64,000 bases of DNA. It comes from Tubiluchus corallicola. Its lineage: Eukaryota > Animalia > Priapulida. How positions within the stretch are numbered: position 1 is the first letter of the stretch; every line of letters starts with the position of its first letter. Shown in pieces: positions 57,301-64,000 of the stretch. A program made the position numbers and the translations under genes. Under the pieces are notes generated by a model that worked only from the letters and a program-made list of their open reading frames with translations, made no database searches and was not told where the DNA came from. Location: the NCBI GenBank assembly GCA_030141605.1, contig JAQGDQ010000188.1:124001-188000 (forward strand). The letters are read 5' to 3'.

Positions 57301-57927
57301 ACTGCATACCAAGCCCTGCAAAACTGTTGTACCGTATCCCCTCTCCCCTGTGAATTTCTCTCGGGAAAAATAGGGAAACAAAAAACTGTTTATTGTTATT
57401 GCGGAAATCATAAGCAATGTACAAAATATTAAATATAATGTTGGAATACAACATAAGTGCTCAAACATATTGAAATACGTGGAAACATATCACGATAAAT
57501 GAATAAGCCGCATGAAATACGATTCTGGCGTTTATCAACACCTTTTTGACCCCAGGCTTTTATCGACCCCTCGGATAGTCCCATCAACCCACAGAGGTCG
57601 ACCACTTTGGAGACCTCTGCCTTATAGGCTTCATTGAATTCTGTTACAGAATCTTACACATACTGTTACACCATTGACCTTGGCTATACCAGACTCGGTT
57701 ATACTGAGTTAATTTTCGTGGTCCCCTGAAACTCGTTGTAAGCAGATTATACTATATTAAACTAACACAGGTACTTAACATACCTGAACTAAAAGTTTAA
57801 GTCGATACACGCTGTCTTCAGCCAAAGCGGTTGTTGATTCTTCTGTCAGGTTGGTAATGCCAACTGATTCAGCTATAGTTTTAATTGATTCTGCTGATAA
57901 CTCGGAACCAACGTGGCTTTCTGCCAT
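48384..57927 (-). CDS. TAF6: TFIID subunit TAF6, 620 aa, 13 coding exons
   Basis: Exons on -: 57927-57784, 56350-56264, 55365-55212, 55051-54995, 54380-54151, 53937-53860, 53620-53519, 53031-52907, 52677-52545, 51513-51388, 50456-50286, 50191-50021, 48668-48384. Total 1863 nt in frame. Contains the histone fold ([11 protein letters not shown]...[14 protein letters not shown]), PLYGF...[46 protein letters not shown] and [13 protein letters not shown]. Confidence 0.96.
50661..51169 (+). repeat. Interspersed repeat copy 2, in a TAF6 intron
   Basis: About 90% identical by eye to 46117-46627, same orientation. Confidence 0.85.
57126..57619. mobile_element. Non-autonomous hAT (Charlie-like) element in a TAF6 intron
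   Basis: Termini CAGGGGTCCCTAAA...TTTGGAGACCTCTG, subterminal (C/T)GACCCC repeats, and a degenerate 8-bp TSD CCTTGTAA / CCTTATAG. Confidence 0.75.
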
Positions 57928-58274
57928 AGTCTGTGAAACGTTAAATACTTTTTAGTCAATTCAGGCAGAAGAGTAATTGCTTTAAGACATTATAACATTA
58001 TAAAATAGCCATTGATTCTGATGTCCCATGAAATTTCTTGGTAAGTAGCTCTCACATGCCTACCATTATTGATAGGGCCATAAGAAACTATACAACAGAT
58101 GCTGGAAAAGAAATCTAAATCTAGGCTGTTTATGGTACTAAATTTATATAATTAACAAAACATTATTTCAAATCAGTTGAAAGTGAAAAACAGATCATCA
58201 GACAAACAAGCAAATTTATTTTTCAGCAACAGTACTTGAAAATGAGATAGCAATTACGCAATTACATAAAATAC

Positions 58275-58543
58275 ATTAAATAAAACACTATGTGGGATGT
58301 TCATGCTTACTGGACATCCTGTGTAATGTGATGCTGTGTACTGCCTCCGCTTGTATCATTTCACTCTGAAGTGCCTCGCTGTGTACCATTGCATTATGTG
58401 CCGAAGGCAGTACGTTGCACAGTGATAAGCTACACAGCAACATGATACACGAGAGGCAGTATATGGATCTACTCTACACGGGGATGTGGAGGAAGCACGA
58501 ACAGAATTTCAGTGATACTCACACTGTTTTTGGATACTTATAA
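58275..58543. mobile_element. Degraded palindromic MITE
   Basis: Imperfect arms: TGTTCATGCTT..ACATCCTGTGTA..TACTGCCTCCGCTTGTATCAT pairs with ATGATACACGAGAGGCAGTA..TACACGGGATGT..AAGCACGAACA. Confidence 0.6.
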
Positions 58544-59429
58544 CACTATAAATATAATAAATACCCACCACTTACTATTCATGGATGCTATGTTAAACAG
58601 ATTTGAGAGTTTATGTAGATGATATAGTGAGTTTTAGAAATGATAAACAGATTGTTAATAATTGCAAATTGAAGGAGAAGATGAAGGAAATAACATACAG
58701 TACAAAGAAACCATAGAATTTTTTACAAAATGTGTTTAAAAGTAAAACTAATAATGAGGTAGTTAAACTCTAGGTGACAAATAAATAATAAGTTGGAAAA
58801 GCTGAACTTTTACCAATAGGTGAAAATGGAGGTCGGGAAACGAGTATTGAAAAAAGAAGTGAGAAAACTGGATCATAAATGAAAAAAAAAATTTTTAATG
58901 GTGTAATTCAAATGAAGTTGGGTTAGAATACATGAAAATAAGAACTAATGTTATACAAAAATCAGCTATACATGCATTACCACCTATTCTTTTTAACACA
59001 GAAACAGGCCCTGGGGAAGCATATACAAAAATTGGTAGAAAGATATACTTCTAAAACAGAGAAGTAGTACGAGTTATTTGTAGTGTTTCCATGGGGTACC
59101 CGAGTAGTTACCCACATTGTTTATTACCCGAGCCTAACATTTCTACACAGTTCCAGCAATGAAAATGCTGACATCATTTGTAATAGGATATCCATTGTTA
59201 GAGAATTAAAATTCAAATGGCACCCTAGAACTGTTGTGTGCTTATAAAGTAGGTAAATATACTTAGTAGCAGATTATTAGACTGCTGTGTTGGCAATGTG
59301 CCAGGCCAACAACCAGTAGGGTGATGATTGATCAAACCATTTTTGCCATAGGAGTGACTTACAAAAAATGAACTATGATTTCTTTACCAAGAGGTTAATT
59401 ATCCAAAAATAATTGTTTACTATCAAAAA

Positions 59430-59560
59430 CGAAAATAAACGGGTTAATATTCCCGAACCCGGACACGGAGATCGGCCCTTTGGGGTCCAGTGCGGCAATG
59501 CAAACGAACTGGCAGACGTCGGCAGTAGTCCCGGGAAGAGTTGTCTTTTCTTTGTAAGGG
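59430..59560 (+). pseudogene. 28S (LSU) rRNA fragment, D7 region, inserted in the TAF6 5' region (probably the 5'UTR intron)
   Basis: CGGGTTAATATTCCCGAACCCGGACACGGAGAT...GTGCGGCAATGCAAACGAACT...CCCGGGAAGAGTTGTCTTTTCTTTGTAAGGG matches metazoan 28S rRNA as recalled from memory. It is a GC-rich island in AT-rich flanks with no other rDNA nearby. Confidence 0.85.
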
Positions 59561-60742
59561 TTCAGTTTAATAGCACACAAAAAGAATGATATAGATTATT
59601 TCATTATGCTAATCCTCATGTTGTATTAATAGTGCCCAGTCTGGTACTACATAAGCTGATGTAGCTGACTCATTTATAAAGCACACAATCACAATAAAGT
59701 AACTAAAGTGTGGCAGATAAAACCACGTAATAAAACTCAATCAAATACCTTGTTTTGGAAAACACTAACTTTCGCGACTCACAGCTTTGGACTTTGGCCT
59801 CTTGAGCAAAGGATTCATAAAAAAATGATTAAAATAATAAAAAGCATTTCACAAACAACTATTAATGGCAGTTGTTCTTGACACTTGTTCCTTATATGAC
59901 TTTGATTAGACTGTATTGTGTAACCATTTAAACATTTAAGCATGTTAACCAAGTTGGACAATGTACTCTAGAGCAAATCCTTAAAAGGAAAGTTGTTTTG
60001 TATCATCTACGTTCTTAGACTGAAAATTTACAAATACCTCATTATAATACCATTACCTATTGCAAAAGTCCATCAAATATGAAGGAGTTATCTTGTAGAA
60101 CAAGTTGACTGATAAAATTAAAGCAATTACTGATACTAATGCTTATAAATCATTTGTAAAAGATTGAAATAAACAATTTTAAATAAATAAGTTGTATCTA
60201 TCTATTTAAATGAATTGTGAACATGTGACTGTAATGTATGTAACATATGTCGAACTTTACAGGTTTGAGTAAATTAGCAAGGGTAGTATAGAAAAAACAT
60301 GTAACATAAAGGATGTCTTCTGCGAAACTGTTTATTTATATATATATATATCATCACATCTCACCATCATTATTCATTGTGCATATCATCCATCTTTCCA
60401 TCTTCCATTGTCGACAAATAGCTAATGTTTTATATTAAATTGCACCTAATCCAACTGAAAATAAAATTTTACTACTAGTACTACTACTCATTTTGCAAAA
60501 ACAGTAAACACACTATAAAACCCAGACGCCGTTGTGAAACCGGTCCGATGGCAATCCCATTGTTCGGATCTCAGCTTTGCCAAATACAGGCAAATAGACA
60601 GAATTGACGAAAGAACAGTTTAGGGCCTATGTGACCATGGGAGACCAAGACATACCCTACAATTGATAATTTTTGACGCAAATAGTTTAGCAGCTGCGGA
60701 GAAAATGGCGCTTTATCGAAATCCATAAATAAATAAACATAC

Positions 60743-60990
60743 CTGGAGAATTAATAGTATGAACTATTTAAATTCATTTATTTTAAAAATACCCACAATA
60801 ATCACTTTCACGAGTTTTACTGGCTTTTTAAGAATAGGCAACCAGCAATGTGGAATATCTTCCAGTTTTTGTGCTTTCATCAAAGTGTACAAAGAGGAAG
60901 TGACGAAAGACGCCTATTGTTACGTATTTCATTTTTGCGATTAGCGGCTATGCTGGCGGCATCAAACGGCCATTCAGTGAAAAATTTGGA
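60743..60990 (-). promoter_or_regulatory. Candidate TAF6 non-coding first exon and promoter
   Basis: Donor CAG|GTATGT at 60743/60742 on -, local CpG enrichment at 60520-61000, and an acceptor 3 nt upstream of the TAF6 ATG that requires an upstream UTR exon. Confidence 0.4.
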
Positions 60991-62148
60991 CCACCGCATT
61001 GACTGTAATAATAATATTATTAAGTTCACCAGTAGTGTTGGCATACGTGCAATTTTGATAAGCCAAAATCACTTTTGCGTTTTTAATAAAAGAAGTATAT
61101 CTCAATTAAAAGCAATTATTAGTTTAAAAAACTGAAAACATTTCATAAAAAGGAAAAAATTGTAGCAATAAGCATTATGTACTTGCAAATGCCTGTTCAG
61201 TTTTCTTGTAAGTAAAATTTTATTGTTTTTCCTGAGAAAAGAGGCTAGCTGATTGCGTGATGGGCTACCTACTATGTAAAAAAGTAATGAAAAATTTTCA
61301 TTGATTTATTGATTTTTTTCTCCCTCCCTTTCTTAGAGAGAAAGAGAGGGAGAGAGAGTTAAAAGAAAGACGGAACTATGAACTATGAATTTTATTTCAC
61401 ACATCAAAATGCAATATTGTACACATAAATAAACAATAAAAAAAATGATTTGAGTAGTGTGAGGTGAGTGTACGACCATACGGTCATTAACACTCTCACC
61501 GACTCACCTTACTTAAATGAAAGTGAAAAAATTATTAAAGATATGCGTGCTTTTGTAGATGACTCAATGAAATTGATGTAATAAAGTAAATGATGTAATA
61601 ATAGCAAGGAAACATAAGAAAAACATAATATGCAATTATGATTTTGATATAGGCTGCGATGAATGAATAACTTCATTTAAATTGATTTATACCTTACTAA
61701 TAAAGTAACAAAGGTCGTAATAGTACCTATTAGCAAAAGAAAAACATTAGTGCAAAAAATGACCAAATTCAAGCTGTCATATCGTCCATGCATAACTCAA
61801 TATGAGAAAAACATGCAAAATAATAACAATAATACTAAATAAAAATAATAAAAAACAAAGTAAATAAAATGAAAAGCAAGCTAGCCAAACAGAAATTTAA
61901 ACAAATTTTCAAATAGGGAACTGAATCAAGCTGCAAAGTACATGCATTAAAATAATACTAAAGAGTCTAATTAATAAACAAAACAAAAGAACATTATACA
62001 AGTACATTTTTTACACGTAAGCAAACTGTATTTAATGAACATTTATTTTGATGTAAGCCTAACTGAATCTTAAAAAATTAGGCCAAATATAAGTAATGTC
62101 TGCACATGATATTATAAGGTATTATGACACGCGTGTCGAGTTATGACA

Positions 62149-64000
62149 AGTTATGTCGGCTGCTTAGGATGACAGCTCTGATGTTTCCTTCAGTTATTTT
62201 TTGTTTACTGATAATAAAAAAGAGGAGTAATGTAAATGCATCTCTGCTTGTTCAACGTAATTTTATAACTAACTCCAACTTATAACAAAGGCCAATGTAT
62301 GATTATATGCTTTTTAAACATTTTTTAACTTGGAATTAACCAAACATGCAGATGCTTAGATTAAGTTATGTTCTGGAAAATTATTTGCTCTTCTGAAAAA
62401 ATCGATTTTTTTTCTATGAAAGGTATTACACATGAAAGTCAGGCCTAATATTTCTTCAAGTTATATTTCCTGATAAGAACATATGAAATAGAAATGTTTT
62501 TAGAAAAAATATTTCTCCAGAAATCGAATACTACATGAGCCAGGTATTCTTTCTTTTGATCAACTTTCTTAACTTCTTTTGTAAATAAGCCTATTAATTT
62601 TCATGAGATATGATTATAATAATTTTTATTTTAACTACAAATTATTCTTAACGCCTTATGCTTACTTTAAATAATATTCAAAAAGATAACAGCTGCTATA
62701 AATCGTCAAAGAGAGATGTAGGCCTTGCAGTCTTTGCTTAGCGTACAAAATATTTAACTAGTAACAAAAGTTTCAAAACTGTGTTATAATTAACATTTTA
62801 TTATAATTACCTGGCTGCATCCTTGCGAAATTTAAAAATATATCTTTTTGTGTTTTTGCAACTCACTGCTGAGCAATTTATGAATGCCTGTTAACCGGGC
62901 TGGTTTTGATGGTCTCATCAATTCATCTGCTACAGTTCCCACAGCCTGCGCTGTAGCGTACCTGACAACAACAGGCCGCACTGAATGGCCGTTAGGGCGA
63001 CACTAACTGCGCGAACTACTGCGCAGAAGGACTTTCCCTACTTTATTGTGTATACTTTGCTTTCATCATACGCAAAGTACCATAGACAAAGTATACACAA
63101 TAAAGTAGGGAAAGTCCTTCTGCGCAGTAGTTCGCGCAGTTAGTGTCGCCCTAATGGCCATTCAGTGTGGCCTGTTGTTGTCAGGTACGCTACAGTGCAG
63201 GCTGTGGGAACTGTAGCAGATGAATTGATGAGGCCATCAAAACCAGCCCGGTTAACAGGCGCTCATAAATTGCTCAGCAGTGAGTTGCAAAAACACAAAA
63301 AGATATATTTTTAAATTTCGCAAGGATGCAGCCAGGTAATTATAATAAAATGTTAATTATAACACAGTTTTGAAACTTCTGTTACTAGTTAAATATTTTG
63401 TATGCTAAGCAAAGACTGCAAGGCCCACATCTCTCTTTGACGATTTATAGCAGCTGTTATCTTTTTGAATATTATTTAAAGTAAGCATAAGGCGTTAAGA
63501 ATAATTTGTAGTTAAAATAAAAATTATTATAATCATATCTCATAAAAATTAATAGGCTTATTTACAAAAGAAGTTAAGAAAGTTGATCAAAGAAAGAATA
63601 CCTGGCTCATGTAGTATTCGATTTCTGGAGAAATATTTTTTCTAAAAAACATTTCTATTTCATATGTTCTTATCAGGAAATATAACTTGAAGAAATATTA
63701 GGCCTGACTTTCATGTGTAATACCTTTCATAGAAAAAAAATCGATTTTTTTTCAGAAGAGCAAATAATTTTCCAGAACATAACTTAATCTAAGCATCTGC
63801 ATGTTTTGTTAATTCCAAGTTAAAAAAATGTTTAAAAAGCATATAATCATACGTTGGCCTTTGTTATAAGTTGGAGTTAGTTATAAAATTACGTTGAACA
63901 AGCAGAGATGCATTTACATTACTCCTCTTTTTTATTATCAGTAAACAAAAAATAACTGAAGGAAACATCAGAGCTGTCATCCTAAGCAGCCGACATAACT
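62149..64000. repeat. Long near-perfect inverted repeat (palindrome/foldback), arms at least 910 bp, 27-bp spacer; continues beyond the window
   Basis: 62149-63059 is the reverse complement of 63087-64000 with only about a dozen substitutions and small indels. Spacer is 63060-63086. Confidence 0.97.

Noticed and set aside
48384-57927. Possible U12-type introns in TAF6 or the other genes
   Set aside because: All inferred donors are U2-type GT; none match RTATCCTT.
60520-60660. Short hairpins in the TAF6 5' intron suggestive of a snoRNA or miRNA
   Set aside because: No convincing C/D or H/ACA boxes on the host strand, and the stems are too short for a pre-miRNA.

Overview
AT-rich, intron-containing animal genomic DNA, probably a protostome invertebrate and plausibly a lophotrochozoan; the taxon is inferred, not established. 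Five protein-coding genes can be spliced by hand with consistent GT-AG phases: (1) the 3' end of a pappalysin (PAPP-A-like) gene on +; (2) an Arrowhead/Lhx6/8 LIM-homeobox gene on - (298 aa); (3) FoxN1/4 on - (424 aa); (4) COQ4 on + with an intronless CDS (260 aa); (5) TAF6 on - (13 coding exons, 620 aa). The non-coding part holds several non-autonomous DNA transposons (a PIF/Harbinger MITE, two hAT elements with TSDs, a 2.25-kb long-TIR element), a LINE remnant, microsatellites, a ~130-bp 28S rRNA fragment starting at the hidden-break boundary, and a near-perfect palindrome with arms of at least 910 bp that runs off the right end. No prokaryotic-type system (CRISPR, defence island, phage) is present, and no novel multi-gene system is supported. 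The best leads are the palindrome and its centre, the rRNA fragment, the apparent mixing of two ancestral linkage groups, the intronless COQ4 and a Cys-rich tail on Awh.
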